Source: Ginsengibacter sp.
GTDB taxonomy: Bacteria; Bacteroidota; Bacteroidia; Chitinophagales; Chitinophagaceae
Length of the DNA stretch: 64,000 nt
Direction of reading: 5' to 3'
NCBI GenBank assembly: GCA_039918315.1
Contig: JBDSHT010000010.1
Span: 8,355-72,354 of the forward strand
The notes beneath the pieces are model-generated. The model was not told the origin of the DNA. It worked only from the letters and a program-made list of their open reading frames with translations, and did no database searches. Positions 29,468-40,119 of the stretch are shown here, in pieces (within the stretch, counting starts at the first letter, position 1; the number at the start of each line of letters is the position of its first letter). Position numbers and translations under genes: made by a program.

Positions 29468-30933
29468 TAGCTAATTTCTTCAAAAGGAAACATTGGCTTT
29501 CTCCTACTTTTATACTCGAACTGCCGCATATCAGCCTGCGTTACTCCCTTTGTATTGGCTTGTATAATAGTTTTACAAACATTCTGATAAGCAGCTATTG
29601 GCGCTATAACACCCTTTGCCACCAATACATCAAACTCTTCGGGTACAATGCCTAAATGAATTAACTGTTGCAAACTAAACGGTGGCACTTTTACAGATTG
29701 CAGCATAATAATGCTGCCATTTTTCGTTTTCAAAATAGCTGTGCGACCCATATCATAATTTGCCTGGCCACCGTGCATGGGAATTGTTTCCTGAAAAGCA
29801 CCATCGCAAACTTTTATCAATATTGTTTTCAAAACAGTTATATCATTATTCATATCCTGAAAAACAAACTTGTAATCCTCCCCCGGTTTTAATCGCTCTA
29901 ATTCGTTCACTGCTTTGGGATGATATAAACATACAAAATATTTCAGCGAAGCATCTGCTTCCAATACTTCCATTATTTCGGTTGTGTTGCCGGGAGCGCC
30001 GCCACCTACGTTGTCTCCCATATCCAATATCAAAACTGGTTTTGCTGATGATGCAGCTTCCGCTATACAAGTTGCGGCACTTTTCTTTTGGCCAAAAAAT
30101 AATTTTTTACGTTCTAAAATAAATTGCCCCAGTTCATTGGCTATACCATCTGCCAATGATTTGTCGTTATCAGTAACAACAATGATACTTGTACCCATCT
30201 CTTCTACATCAGCATAAGGAAAACCCAATAGCAAACTCACTGATAACACATTTTTTCCACTGCGCAATTTTTCTATAAAATCATATACTTCTTTAAGTGG
30301 TAACACAGATGTACATTGCTGTTCAATACTTATGGCCAGCGGCAATTGCACAAATGATTGCACCGGCTTTACCTTGCCTTTTAATGCAGAGGCCATTAGT
30401 GCAGCCGCTTCTTTACCTCTTTCCCGTTGGTCAATATGCGGATTGTTCCGGTAACTTATCATTGCATTGGTGGCTTCAATCATTTTATGGCTCACATTGG
30501 CATGTAAATCTAACGTGGTAACGATAGGCATATTACTGCCCACTACCTTTCTGACTTCGCTTAACCAATGCCCATCCATATCTTTTTTATGTTCACTCAC
30601 ACCTGCACCATGGGGTACCAATAAACATCCATCAAATGGTAATGATTTTTCAAGATGCTGTAGGAGTCGCTGTAAAAGATATTGATATGTTTCGCTTTCA
30701 ATAATTCCACCTGGTACAGCATTGGCAAAAAAAACGGGAACGGCTTCAATGCCTTGTTCTTCCAGTGCCTGCAGCATACCTCCAATTTCATGAAAAGCAT
30801 TTTTGAATTCTTTTATAATGTCATTCCCAAAGCGCAAATGCCCTTTTTCAAAATTTACCAGTGTGGTTGGCTGATTTGAAAAAGTATTTGATTCATGTGC
30901 AATTCCCGCTATGCAAACTCTTTTCTTTGTCAT
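29467..30933 (-). CDS. M81 (MlrC-like) metallopeptidase/deacylase
   Basis: HESNTFS, HGA, DLHAN, PHID, GFPYAD, DMGDNVGGGAPG. Confidence 0.88.
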   Translation of the reverse strand: MTKKRVCIAGIAHESNTFSNQPTTLVNFEKGHLRFGNDIIKEFKNAFHEIGGMLQALEEQGIEAVPVFFANAVPGGIIESETYQYLLQRLLQHLEKSLPFDGCLLVPHGAGVSEHKKDMDGHWLSEVRKVVGSNMPIVTTLDLHANVSHKMIEATNAMISYRNNPHIDQRERGKEAAALMASALKGKVKPVQSFVQLPLAISIEQQCTSVLPLKEVYDFIEKLRSGKNVLSVSLLLGFPYADVEEMGTSIIVVTDNDKSLADGIANELGQFILERKKLFFGQKKSAATCIAEAASSAKPVLILDMGDNVGGGAPGNTTEIMEVLEADASLKYFVCLYHPKAVNELERLKPGEDYKFVFQDMNNDITVLKTILIKVCDGAFQETIPMHGGQANYDMGRTAILKTKNGSIIMLQSVKVPPFSLQQLIHLGIVPEEFDVLVAKGVIAPIAAYQNVCKTIIQANTKGVTQADMRQFEYKSRRKPMFPFEEIS

Positions 30934-31307
30934 TAGCTTTTTATGTATGCTGTTACATCCACTTCAAATTTTAATAGAGAGCCGAGGCAACCCACGATGG
31001 TGGTCCTTGCTGGAAAGGGTGCTGAAAAATATTCACGATAAATTTTGTTGAACTCCTCAATGTCCTCTTGCCGGGCTATATAATTTCTCACCTGCACCAC
31101 CTCTCTTAATGTTAATCCTGCTCCAGCTAATACAGCTTTTACATTTTCAAATGAACGTCTGCATTCACCGGCAAAGCTATCCGTTACAATTTTTCCTTCT
31201 GCATCTACAGAGGCCTGACCGGATACAAAAACAAAATCGCCACATTGCACAGCAGGCGAAAAAGGAAGATGTGATTGGGGGACATTAATCCCGGTTATTA
31301 CTTTCAT
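30933..31307 (-). CDS. RidA/YjgF family enamine/imine deaminase
   Basis: FSPAV, VFVSGQ, FNKIYREYF, PART, EVD. Confidence 0.9.
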   Translation of the reverse strand: MKVITGINVPQSHLPFSPAVQCGDFVFVSGQASVDAEGKIVTDSFAGECRRSFENVKAVLAGAGLTLREVVQVRNYIARQEDIEEFNKIYREYFSAPFPARTTIVGCLGSLLKFEVDVTAYIKS

Positions 31308-31336
31308 ATTGTAATTTTTTTTGATAAATTTGCTAT

Positions 31337-31516
31337 TTATTGCAGCTTCTTCTTTAAGAACTGCATCATTTCATTTGTGTTCATGTGTTTGTAAGGTATT
31401 CTATAGTTGATATCATAAAACAACAACGCGTAATTTTCTTTGGCAAACCTTTCTGCAAAGGCTTTGTCAATACCACCTGCTGCTCCTGTTATGATAACTG
31501 TTTATTTATTGCTCAC
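31337..31516 (-). pseudogene. SDR N-terminal remnant (deletion scar)
   Basis: VSNK*TVIITGAAGGIDKAFAERFAKENYALLFYDINY then a non-SDR tail; closely resembles the start of 23506..24321. Confidence 0.75.
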
Positions 31517-32472
31517 TTTATTATCTTCATTCCTTGTTCGTAGATAGGAACGATATGTCCTAATGTATCGCCCTTATTTACTTTCACCAGAATCCTCAAT
31601 AAAATAACCAAACCATCAATGCCTGCATACACTGCTGTGCTTTCGCCACTTTGCGGATTGAGAATTTTTCCAAAGGATTGCCCTTTATTTACTATATCCC
31701 CAATTTTTACATCGCTTACAAATACACCCGCTATTGGTGAAGGCATTTTTGTTTGCAGGTGACCACTATCGGGTGTAGCATCTTCCAGCCAATACGTTCC
31801 ACTTCCTTTTTCTAAACTACAAACACCTGCTGTCATTTTTAAATACCGGAGCATATTGATGCAGCCGTTTTTATATTTTTCTATCACTTCTTTTCGTATG
31901 GCCGTACCGCCTCCGTATTCTAAATAAATACCAGGAACATGTGCATCTCTTGCTACTGAAAGTGTACGCCCCTGCATGGTTGCATCTGTTCCCCAAATGA
32001 ATGGCATATTAAAACATGCGGCCATTTGCTTTTGTTTCTCTAAAGTTTTTTCATCTTTCACTAATGCATATCCTGCCAGCGGAATAATGTCAAATGCCAA
32101 CCCACCAGTATGCATATCCACAAAATAATCGGCTGTACCAATGAGACGGGAAACTGCATCAGCCGCAATTTCAGTAGGAGTGCCATTTGCTTTTCCCGGA
32201 CAGGTCCTTGCTAAATCTAAATCATCTGTACCGAGACGGCTATTGTTTTCATAAGAACTTTTGTTAACTATTGGGACAATGGTTACTTTTCCAATACTCA
32301 ATTTATTGTGTAATGAATGGTATAATTCCCATGCTGCCATCATGGGCTCGTATTCATCGCCATGCACACCAGCTACAATCAATACATGCGGCCCTGGGTT
32401 GAGTGAATCAATAATAAGTAGTTTAATGCTTTCCTTCATATTCGGGACCGCCGCAAGTGGCATCTTTAGCAT
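31513..32472 (-). CDS. Second succinylglutamate desuccinylase/aspartoacylase family deacylase
   Basis: AGVHGDEYEPM, DLARTCPG, DMHTGG, GRTLSVARDA, LEYGGG; paralogue of 24367..25359; start probably at 32439. Confidence 0.88.
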   Translation of the reverse strand: MLKMPLAAVPNMKESIKLLIIDSLNPGPHVLIVAGVHGDEYEPMMAAWELYHSLHNKLSIGKVTIVPIVNKSSYENNSRLGTDDLDLARTCPGKANGTPTEIAADAVSRLIGTADYFVDMHTGGLAFDIIPLAGYALVKDEKTLEKQKQMAACFNMPFIWGTDATMQGRTLSVARDAHVPGIYLEYGGGTAIRKEVIEKYKNGCINMLRYLKMTAGVCSLEKGSGTYWLEDATPDSGHLQTKMPSPIAGVFVSDVKIGDIVNKGQSFGKILNPQSGESTAVYAGIDGLVILLRILVKVNKGDTLGHIVPIYEQGMKIIK

Positions 32473-33232
32473 TGAAAATATTTAATGTTCTGAAAAATTC
32501 ACGGGCTATTTCCAAATGTCCGGCACCATTAGGGTGCAGGTTATCATTCATCAGTCGCTTAAAAACATCTGCTCTTGAAGTTTCTTTTACTAAGGTATTC
32601 CAGTATTTGTAATTGTCAACCAACACTATGTCTTGTTCTTTTGCATACTGCTGCATTTTTTCAACGTAAATGGGTAGGGTTGCTCTGTCAGGAGAATCTT
32701 CTGTTATGATGATATTGGGTGTTTGTAAAATAGGAATTGCTTTAAGCTTTCTTATTTTATGAATTATTTCCTCAAGGTTTTTATAATATTTTTCCAGCGA
32801 TATCTCTTTTTTTACACTCGCATCATTGGTGCCAATCATCAACGACACTACTTGTGGCTTAAATTGTGCCACCCGCCAGTCAAACTCGTTTAAAATATTT
32901 TGGGTAGTGTTGCTGCTGATCGCAGTATTGATAATAATATCTTCATAGCGACCTAATTCAAAACGAATTCTTTCTGCAATTACTTCAGGGTAAGAGCGGA
33001 TGTTGTGTGTGTGCTTAGCACCCTGAGTAATGCTATCACCATTGAAAATCCATTTTGCTGGCTGTTTACTTTGTAAGAGTTGTTGGATTTTTTCGAAATC
33101 GGAAACGTTCTCATTAACAAAAAAATTCGGACTTTTTCCAATAGCCATAAGGCTTTGGAGACCTGCTGCCTGCAAGACCCCTAGTAAGATCCCTTTTTTA
33201 ATAAGGGATCGTCTTGATATTTCATTTGCCAT
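32423..33232 (-). CDS. SGNH/GDSL esterase with Tat-like signal
   Basis: SRRSLIK; GDSITQG, IGTND, DNLHPN. Confidence 0.88.
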   Translation of the reverse strand: MANEISRRSLIKKGILLGVLQAAGLQSLMAIGKSPNFFVNENVSDFEKIQQLLQSKQPAKWIFNGDSITQGAKHTHNIRSYPEVIAERIRFELGRYEDIIINTAISSNTTQNILNEFDWRVAQFKPQVVSLMIGTNDASVKKEISLEKYYKNLEEIIHKIRKLKAIPILQTPNIIITEDSPDRATLPIYVEKMQQYAKEQDIVLVDNYKYWNTLVKETSRADVFKRLMNDNLHPNGAGHLEIAREFFRTLNIFNAKDATCGGPEYEGKH

Positions 33233-34013
33233 TTTCTTCTTTTGAAATATATCTAATCATCGTTTCTATTTCATCTGCTAATAACGCTGCAATTAATTCG
33301 TGGCCTTTATCATTCGGATGCACACCATCCAACAACAAACTATCAAAACTTTGTTTGTTTTCCTTTTCAAACTTTCTAAACAAACCATCAATATCACAAA
33401 ATCCTGTTTGATGTGTTTTAGCCAATTTCCTTATGGTTTTTTTATATTGATTTAGCCTTTCATTTTGAAATTCAGGATATTTATCTCCCAAAGGATTAGG
33501 TACTACCAGTAACACTGCAATGTTACGTTTCTGTAGTGCTTCTGTCATTAACGTCATATTTGAAACAAATTGCTTTAGAGGAATTCTCGATAAACCATTT
33601 TTGACTTTAGCGTCTATATAAGCATCATTTATACCAAAATTAATAATAACAAGATCCGGCATTTTATTAAGTACTTCAGTTTCAAAACGGTCTAATGCAT
33701 GTGGAATTTTAAATACATCGTTTTCAAACCTATGCCCCGAGTGGCTGCCAGGAATACCAGCATTTATAACAAAAGCCGGAATGTCTTTTTGCTTCAATAA
33801 TGCAGGTAGCCGCTGTGCAAAGACCTGGCTGATTGTGCTTCTTTCGGCTGTGGTGGAATTGCCAAAAGCCACAATTTTTAGCTTCATTGTGTCTGATAGT
33901 ACATGCGAAGCAAACGAGTGAAAGTGTATATTTTTTCCTGGGGAGCATGAATTAAAAACAAAAATAACCGCTGCAAATATTATGGTAAACCTATAACGCT
34001 TTTTTATCATCAT
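33222..34013 (-). CDS. SGNH/GDSL esterase, probable lipoprotein
   Basis: FGNSTT, FGIND, DGVHPN. Confidence 0.88.
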   Translation of the reverse strand: MMIKKRYRFTIIFAAVIFVFNSCSPGKNIHFHSFASHVLSDTMKLKIVAFGNSTTAERSTISQVFAQRLPALLKQKDIPAFVINAGIPGSHSGHRFENDVFKIPHALDRFETEVLNKMPDLVIINFGINDAYIDAKVKNGLSRIPLKQFVSNMTLMTEALQKRNIAVLLVVPNPLGDKYPEFQNERLNQYKKTIRKLAKTHQTGFCDIDGLFRKFEKENKQSFDSLLLDGVHPNDKGHELIAALLADEIETMIRYISKEENGK

Positions 34014-35179
34014 TTATTTACGATTATATCCTTTTCATTTAACTCTATTCGTAATTTGCTTTGCATAGTAGTTATCCAAAGCACTCCCGGCTTTACTTCA
34101 AAAACATAGGGGTATGCAATCCAGTCGCGGAAAAGATTCATTCCAATTTCTCTTGTAGATTTTGCAATTACAACAGGCTTGCTCCAGGTTATGCCATCGT
34201 CTTCGGATATAGCTGCAGATAGTTCTTCCCGATAGTTGCTGCTGGCTACATCCGACCATTGATTATCGCCACCCGTTAATTTGAAACTAGTTTCTCCTTC
34301 CGGAAAGGGCCGATTCCAAACTAAAATCAGACGCCCGCTTTTAAGGCGTTTCAGCATACCGGGCGCTGAACTGGCCTCTATATTCGTAGCTTTAATATCC
34401 GTCCATGTCAGTCCCTCATCTGTTGACGTGGCTTGCCAAAACTTCCCCCAATTGGTACGCATCAGCATCCAGATATTTCCGTTATTCAATTGCTGAATAG
34501 TAGCTTCTGTTACACCGGAGTGATCACCAATCCCCCCTTTATCAATAATATTGCTTTGCATCCAGGTGATTCCTTCATCTTTTGAACTGTAGGTAAGTAC
34601 CGTGTGATGCGCAGGATTGTGCGCCAACCGCATGGAAGATAAAATAACAGTTCCTTTTTTCGTGACAATCATATCCCTGTTAGCACCAGTCCAATCATCA
34701 TGATGTTTGCGCAGGTCTTTCCAGGTTTTCCCGCCATCTGTACTGCGTATAGTATAAGTAGGCAGTTTGGCACCTGGCGCATCCGAAATCTTTTTATCCC
34801 AATTCATTACTTTTTCTTTCATGTTAATTACTGAAATAATAATGGTACCAGATTGGGTAACTGCAATGGCCTTTTCATTTGCCATAAAAAATTTCGATGT
34901 ATCCGCAAAAACCTGATAGTTTTCCCATGTGTTTCCACCGTCCTTGCTGATAGAGGCATTCAAAGTATCCACTGTTAATATACTCCCATCCTTCAGATAG
35001 ACGAATGGCCCCATTTTATTGTTATGTAACCATTTGGCCTGTGGTGCTATCAAAATATTAGAATCACTTACAGAACTTGCCATGCTATGCAAGGTCTTTA
35101 CCTTTGTTGATTTACATGCAAATACAAACATGCATGATAAAAAATACAAGAGAAAATAATTTCCTTTAATGATATACAT
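34010..35179 (-). CDS. Asp-box (BNR) sialidase-like lipoprotein
   Basis: VFAC lipobox; SKDGGNTW, STDGGKTW, SKDEGITW, STDEGLTW, SEDDGITW; TEA..MRT, AYP. Confidence 0.85.
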   Translation of the reverse strand: MYIIKGNYFLLYFLSCMFVFACKSTKVKTLHSMASSVSDSNILIAPQAKWLHNNKMGPFVYLKDGSILTVDTLNASISKDGGNTWENYQVFADTSKFFMANEKAIAVTQSGTIIISVINMKEKVMNWDKKISDAPGAKLPTYTIRSTDGGKTWKDLRKHHDDWTGANRDMIVTKKGTVILSSMRLAHNPAHHTVLTYSSKDEGITWMQSNIIDKGGIGDHSGVTEATIQQLNNGNIWMLMRTNWGKFWQATSTDEGLTWTDIKATNIEASSAPGMLKRLKSGRLILVWNRPFPEGETSFKLTGGDNQWSDVASSNYREELSAAISEDDGITWSKPVVIAKSTREIGMNLFRDWIAYPYVFEVKPGVLWITTMQSKLRIELNEKDIIVNK

Positions 35180-35200
35180 AAACTTATTAATCTAATTATG

Positions 35201-36724
35201 TTATGGCTTATAACCCGGATTTTGCTTAATTTTTGTTTCAAGGCTCAAAGTTTCATTAGAAAATGGGAACAGATATAGATATTCCTTGTTTGCCAGCGTT
35301 GCCCTTGATTGTAAAGACGGCACTAAATCAAAAGCCTTGTTAAAACGTACTAAGTCCCACCAGCGTTTATTTTCAAAAATCAATTCAAACAATCGCTCTT
35401 TTAAAATAGCATCATCATTTTGAGCTTGTGAACCGTTTACAAAAGTATGTGCAGGAAAATTAGCTGCATAGGCTCTTTGTCGAACCCTGTTTAACTCAGA
35501 GGTTGGATCTTGAGCCAAAGCATTTTTAGCTTCAGCCTTCATCAGTAATACATCTGCAAATCTGTAAATAATGACATCATCATAAAATAATCTGGCACCA
35601 TTCTCTACAATTCCTTTAAACTTATATTGTACCGAGGTAAATAACACTGGTGGATTAGGTGGGGTAATTCTATAGATATCAATGAAAGTAGCATTTTTTC
35701 TGGTATCATCAGTAGTAAACTGCGATCTTGCCGTTTCGGAAATGCTCAAAAAACCGTTTCCCCCCAAAACACCCAGAGCCGCCCGCGATGCATCATCTGC
35801 ATTTGGGGGCATAAATGCTGATGCTATATAAAGCTCCTGAAAAATATTCTGTTGCGATTCCGGATTTTGAAAGCGTACGGCCATTAATATTTCCTTATTG
35901 CCTTTATTAGCTGGCGAAAATACATCCCCGAAGTTTGTCAAAAGAGTGACATCTGCTGTTTCAATCTGAGTAAGCGCATCCAATGCAATTGTAAAGTCGG
36001 GATTACCGCCTTTTAATCTTTTGCCTGTCCATAAATACACGTCGCCTTTTAATGCCAGCATAGACGGTTTAGACCAAGTAGCCCTCCCAATGGAACCTGC
36101 GGTAAATTTCATATCCGAGAAAAGCTTCTCGGCCTGAGCCAAGTCTGCTTTTATAAAAGCAAAAATTTGGGCTGCAGGAGTTCTTTCCTTCTGAAGATCT
36201 CCGAGTGCTTCCCCACTTATAGGGTCAGTTATTAAGGGAAGGTCTCCCCAGGTTCTCACCATCATGTAATAAACAAACGCTCTCATTGTATAAGCCTGCG
36301 CCAATAGGTTATTTTTTGCCGCATCAGAAGCGAAGCTGATACCCGGGGCATTTTTCAATACCAGGTTGGCGTCGTGCACAACCCGGTACAAATTTATCCA
36401 GTCGCCTTGTGGATTAAAACCAGTTGGTCCAACATTTACTGCATCCAGATCATTTAGTATATACTGGTTATATGATTGCGTTCCGTTGACTCCAGGGCCA
36501 ACTGTTTCACCTCTTAGTTCACCCCAAAAGCAGAAGCCACGCACTGCGGGCGCCCTTAAATCATTGTACATACCAAACAAGCCACCTTTTGCATCAGCTT
36601 CAGTTTTCCAGAATGAACTATTAGATATTTGGCTTACTGGGTTAAGGTTAAGATCTTTTGTACATCCACTAAAAAAGATGAATACGATGCTTAATGAGAT
36701 TATATATTTATTAATATGTTTCAT
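35201..36724 (-). CDS. susD: RagB/SusD family nutrient-binding lipoprotein
   Basis: FSGC lipobox, WGDLPL, YRFADVLLMKAEA, LNRVRQRA, ERLFEL..E.KRWWDLVR, QNPGY. Confidence 0.93.
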   Translation of the reverse strand: MKHINKYIISLSIVFIFFSGCTKDLNLNPVSQISNSSFWKTEADAKGGLFGMYNDLRAPAVRGFCFWGELRGETVGPGVNGTQSYNQYILNDLDAVNVGPTGFNPQGDWINLYRVVHDANLVLKNAPGISFASDAAKNNLLAQAYTMRAFVYYMMVRTWGDLPLITDPISGEALGDLQKERTPAAQIFAFIKADLAQAEKLFSDMKFTAGSIGRATWSKPSMLALKGDVYLWTGKRLKGGNPDFTIALDALTQIETADVTLLTNFGDVFSPANKGNKEILMAVRFQNPESQQNIFQELYIASAFMPPNADDASRAALGVLGGNGFLSISETARSQFTTDDTRKNATFIDIYRITPPNPPVLFTSVQYKFKGIVENGARLFYDDVIIYRFADVLLMKAEAKNALAQDPTSELNRVRQRAYAANFPAHTFVNGSQAQNDDAILKERLFELIFENKRWWDLVRFNKAFDLVPSLQSRATLANKEYLYLFPFSNETLSLETKIKQNPGYKP

Positions 36725-36742
36725 ACTGCTTTTTTTTTGATT

Positions 36743-39700
36743 TTAGAGTGAAATATTTAATCCAAAAATAACCTCACGAGGCAAAGGATATCTGCCCCGG
36801 TCGTTACCTCCATCTTCGGGGTTTAATCCGCTATATTTAGTAAAATAATGAAGGTTGCTTCCGGTAACATATACCCTGGCTCTTTCTATTTTAATCCTAT
36901 TCAATAAATTCTCTGGCAGCGGATAGGATAAGGTAACTTCTCTTAAAGCAAGAAAATCCCCTTTTTCATAGTCCACCGAATTTCCCCGGAAATAATTGTT
37001 TTGAATATTCTGGTCGGCAAAATAATAACGTGCTACATCGGTAACATCACCTGGTTTCTGCCAGGACCTTAATACCTTTTTAAGAAGTCCGTTGCCCCCG
37101 GTAAACTGAGAGGTCATTTGCGCTCCTGCGTAATTGTAAATAGTATGGCCCAAAGTATAATCCATTCTTACATAGAGAGATAATTTTTTGTAAGACAATG
37201 AAGTGGAGAATCCTCCTGTCGTTGTAGGAATGCTGTTGCCCAAATACACCTGGTCTCTTGTATCAATAATACCATTGCCATCTACATCCAACCAGTTTAC
37301 GTCACCACCATATTTTTTTCGTCCATTAGCAGGCACTGCATTGTCCGTTGGTACCAACATATCCAAAGGACCCGCGGCGGCTTCTGCGTCCGTTTTATAA
37401 ATGCCAATTTGTTGATAGCCAAACATGTCGCCAATCCTGCCGCCTTCCTGCAATCCCCCTTTCCATTCGTAACTCTTGGTGTCTTTATCATATATTAATA
37501 CTCCACCAACACGGTTATTAGGGGTGCCAGTGTAGGGAAGTTTGAGGATTTTATTATTGACCTTCGAGAAATTGAAGGATATATTCCACACAACCTGAGA
37601 TTCCTTGGGCAACATAGAAGCTCTTAGTTCCAGTTCAATACCACTATTCTGCAGAGTGGCGAGATTAGTGGTAATACCCGTAAAACCTGAAGAGGGAGGG
37701 AGTGGCAAATTAGCAAGCAGATCGTTGGTAGTACGATCAAAATAATCAAATATGATTCCGATACGATTGTCAAAAAGTTCGATATCGGTACCAAGGTCGA
37801 TGGTTGCCGACCGTTCCCAATGTAGATTCTGATTCTCCAACACCGCGTTTGTTAATCCACCATTACCTCCGTATGAAACAGGACTATATTGTCCCTGTGC
37901 CTGGTAAAAACTCAGATTCGAAATATTACCATTTACACCATAGCTCGCTCTTAGTTTCAAACGAAGCGTTTTTTCTCCGATGTTATCCCAGAATTTTTCC
38001 TTATGCACATTCCATCCTGCGGAAACACCCGGAAAAAATCCCCACTTATTATTCAAACCCAGGTTTGATGCACCATCATAACGGGCATTTAAAGACAAAA
38101 GATATTTCTCCTTGTAGTCATAATTAAGACGACCAAAATAGCCTAGTATATTTTGAAAATCTTCTCTTCCGCTAGCTAAAAAATTGAGTGTAGAGGCATT
38201 TAAAGTAGGGATTAGATCCGTTGGTGCTCCTGTACCGCTACCCGTTAAACTGGTAGTATTTACACCAAAATAGGAAAACCCTGCTGTGGCTTTAAAATTA
38301 TGATCATCATTTATGGACTTTACATAATTAAATACGGCATCAGCTTGCTTTTGAATATACTTGTTGGATATTCCTGAAGCATTCCTTGTACTATTAAAAC
38401 TTGTTGGGCCATTATAGTATCCCTGTTGAAAGAACCGATTATTAAATGTATTGAGAATCATTGAAACCTGCGGATCGAAACTTAAACCAGGTAAAATCCC
38501 CCATTTGGCTCCCATACTCATTAACATATTATCGTAAACATTTTTTGACTTCTGTGTACTCAATTGATATAAGGGATTGCCAATTCCGAAACTCTGGCCA
38601 TAAGCAAGCGATCCATCTTCAAAATAAGCTTTAGCCGTAGAGGGCATAGTACCCGACCTTGCAATTACCAGCTCATTGGACCCAAAGGATGCATTATTAG
38701 CAAAATTCTCATATACCTGATGGTTTTCAGAATTGGAATAAAAGAGCTTGCCAAATACCTTTAAGTTATCTTTTATTTTATAAAATCCACCCAAATCAAA
38801 ATTGAACCTTTTGTATTCTGTGGTGATGACGACACCAGAATTGGTATGGTAACCAACGCTTGCATTAAAGCCACCCTTTTCATTAGCTCCGCTAAACGCT
38901 AATACGTGATTGTAAGAGGTAGCTTTTCTAAAGAGAATATTCTGAAAATCTGTGTCTTTATAGATGATCGTTTTGGAGGGATCAAGTGGGTCGGGAATAC
39001 TTTGCCAGCCTTCATCTAATTTATATTTGTTATCGGGCGTTAAATACTGAGTGGTAAATGGGGTATTTTTTGTCAGATCATTTCCAGTGCCAAAACTATT
39101 TGGCAGATTTATTTGCGTGGCATATCCCAACACTTTTTGTGCAGCCCTAACAGTACCAATCCGGCTGATTCTTATATAGTCACCTCCTGAAAGCAAATCA
39201 TATTTTTTACCAACTTCAGAAAGTCCGACATCGAATGAATAATTGATTCCGGACCGGCCTGCTTTTGCCGATTTTGTTGTTACTATTACCACACCGTTAG
39301 ACGCTCTTGCGCCGTAAATGGCAGTAGAAGCCGCATCCTTCAATACCTGCATAGATTCTATGTCAGATGGATTAAAATCATTTAGGCTTGGCACTATAAC
39401 GCCGTCTACCACATAAAGTGCACCTGAAGGGTTTGAACTCGGGGTTCCGCTTGGGTTAATTAAAGATGTCCCTCCTCGTATGACCACCCTTGGGGCTGCC
39501 CCTGGTTGACCCGTTGTAGTTTGCACTCTTACTCCGGATAATGTTCCCTGCATTGCCGAGGTGGCATTGGAAAAAGGAATATTTTCCAATACTTTAGTGT
39601 CGAGCTTAGATGCTGCACCGGTAAATTCTCTTCGGCTTTGCGTGCCATAGCCAACCACTACTACTTCGGCTTGAGTAGAAACATTAAAGTCCAATACAAT

Positions 39701-39970
39701 TTGCATTTCATTTGTATTAGTAACAGTAAGCTCCTTTGTCTTGTAACCCACAGACGTAATCTCTAACTTAACAGGAAGCGTCGGAACTGATAAGGAAAAA
39801 TATCCTTTCTCATTACTAAGAACAATTTTGTTAGTTGATTTGCTGGTAATTGTTGCTCCTTGGATTGGAGTCCCTTCGTTGTTTTTTAAGTAACCGTTTA
39901 CAGTTTGGGCCGAAACAATTACAGGAAACAGAAACAACATTATTACTGAGAGTATTTCTTTTTTTGTCAT
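36743..39970 (-). CDS. susC: SusC/RagA family TonB-dependent transporter
   Basis: VVVVGYGTQ, DIESMQVLKDAASTAIYGARASNGVVIVTTK, WGFFPGVSAGW, YPLPR. Confidence 0.95.
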   Translation of the reverse strand: MTKKEILSVIMLFLFPVIVSAQTVNGYLKNNEGTPIQGATITSKSTNKIVLSNEKGYFSLSVPTLPVKLEITSVGYKTKELTVTNTNEMQIVLDFNVSTQAEVVVVGYGTQSRREFTGAASKLDTKVLENIPFSNATSAMQGTLSGVRVQTTTGQPGAAPRVVIRGGTSLINPSGTPSSNPSGALYVVDGVIVPSLNDFNPSDIESMQVLKDAASTAIYGARASNGVVIVTTKSAKAGRSGINYSFDVGLSEVGKKYDLLSGGDYIRISRIGTVRAAQKVLGYATQINLPNSFGTGNDLTKNTPFTTQYLTPDNKYKLDEGWQSIPDPLDPSKTIIYKDTDFQNILFRKATSYNHVLAFSGANEKGGFNASVGYHTNSGVVITTEYKRFNFDLGGFYKIKDNLKVFGKLFYSNSENHQVYENFANNASFGSNELVIARSGTMPSTAKAYFEDGSLAYGQSFGIGNPLYQLSTQKSKNVYDNMLMSMGAKWGILPGLSFDPQVSMILNTFNNRFFQQGYYNGPTSFNSTRNASGISNKYIQKQADAVFNYVKSINDDHNFKATAGFSYFGVNTTSLTGSGTGAPTDLIPTLNASTLNFLASGREDFQNILGYFGRLNYDYKEKYLLSLNARYDGASNLGLNNKWGFFPGVSAGWNVHKEKFWDNIGEKTLRLKLRASYGVNGNISNLSFYQAQGQYSPVSYGGNGGLTNAVLENQNLHWERSATIDLGTDIELFDNRIGIIFDYFDRTTNDLLANLPLPPSSGFTGITTNLATLQNSGIELELRASMLPKESQVVWNISFNFSKVNNKILKLPYTGTPNNRVGGVLIYDKDTKSYEWKGGLQEGGRIGDMFGYQQIGIYKTDAEAAAGPLDMLVPTDNAVPANGRKKYGGDVNWLDVDGNGIIDTRDQVYLGNSIPTTTGGFSTSLSYKKLSLYVRMDYTLGHTIYNYAGAQMTSQFTGGNGLLKKVLRSWQKPGDVTDVARYYFADQNIQNNYFRGNSVDYEKGDFLALREVTLSYPLPENLLNRIKIERARVYVTGSNLHYFTKYSGLNPEDGGNDRGRYPLPREVIFGLNISL

Positions 39971-39993
39971 AAAGCAGTTTTTTAATTATGTTT

Positions 39994-40007
39994 ACATGTA
40001 TTACATA
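39994..40007. promoter_or_regulatory. Operator upstream of susC
   Basis: ACATGTATTACATA, identical to 40872-40885. Confidence 0.75.
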
Positions 40008-40119
40008 GGCAATACTATGGCATTTTTTTTAAACACCAATTTTTTTTAACAATTTTTTTTAACAATTTTTTCTTTTAAAAACATTTAGTATTACATAAAA
40101 AAAAGACGCCCGATTAAAG

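Noticed and set aside
29467-30933. Microcystin degradation cluster
   Set aside because: No mlrA, mlrB or mlrD; the context is glycan utilisation
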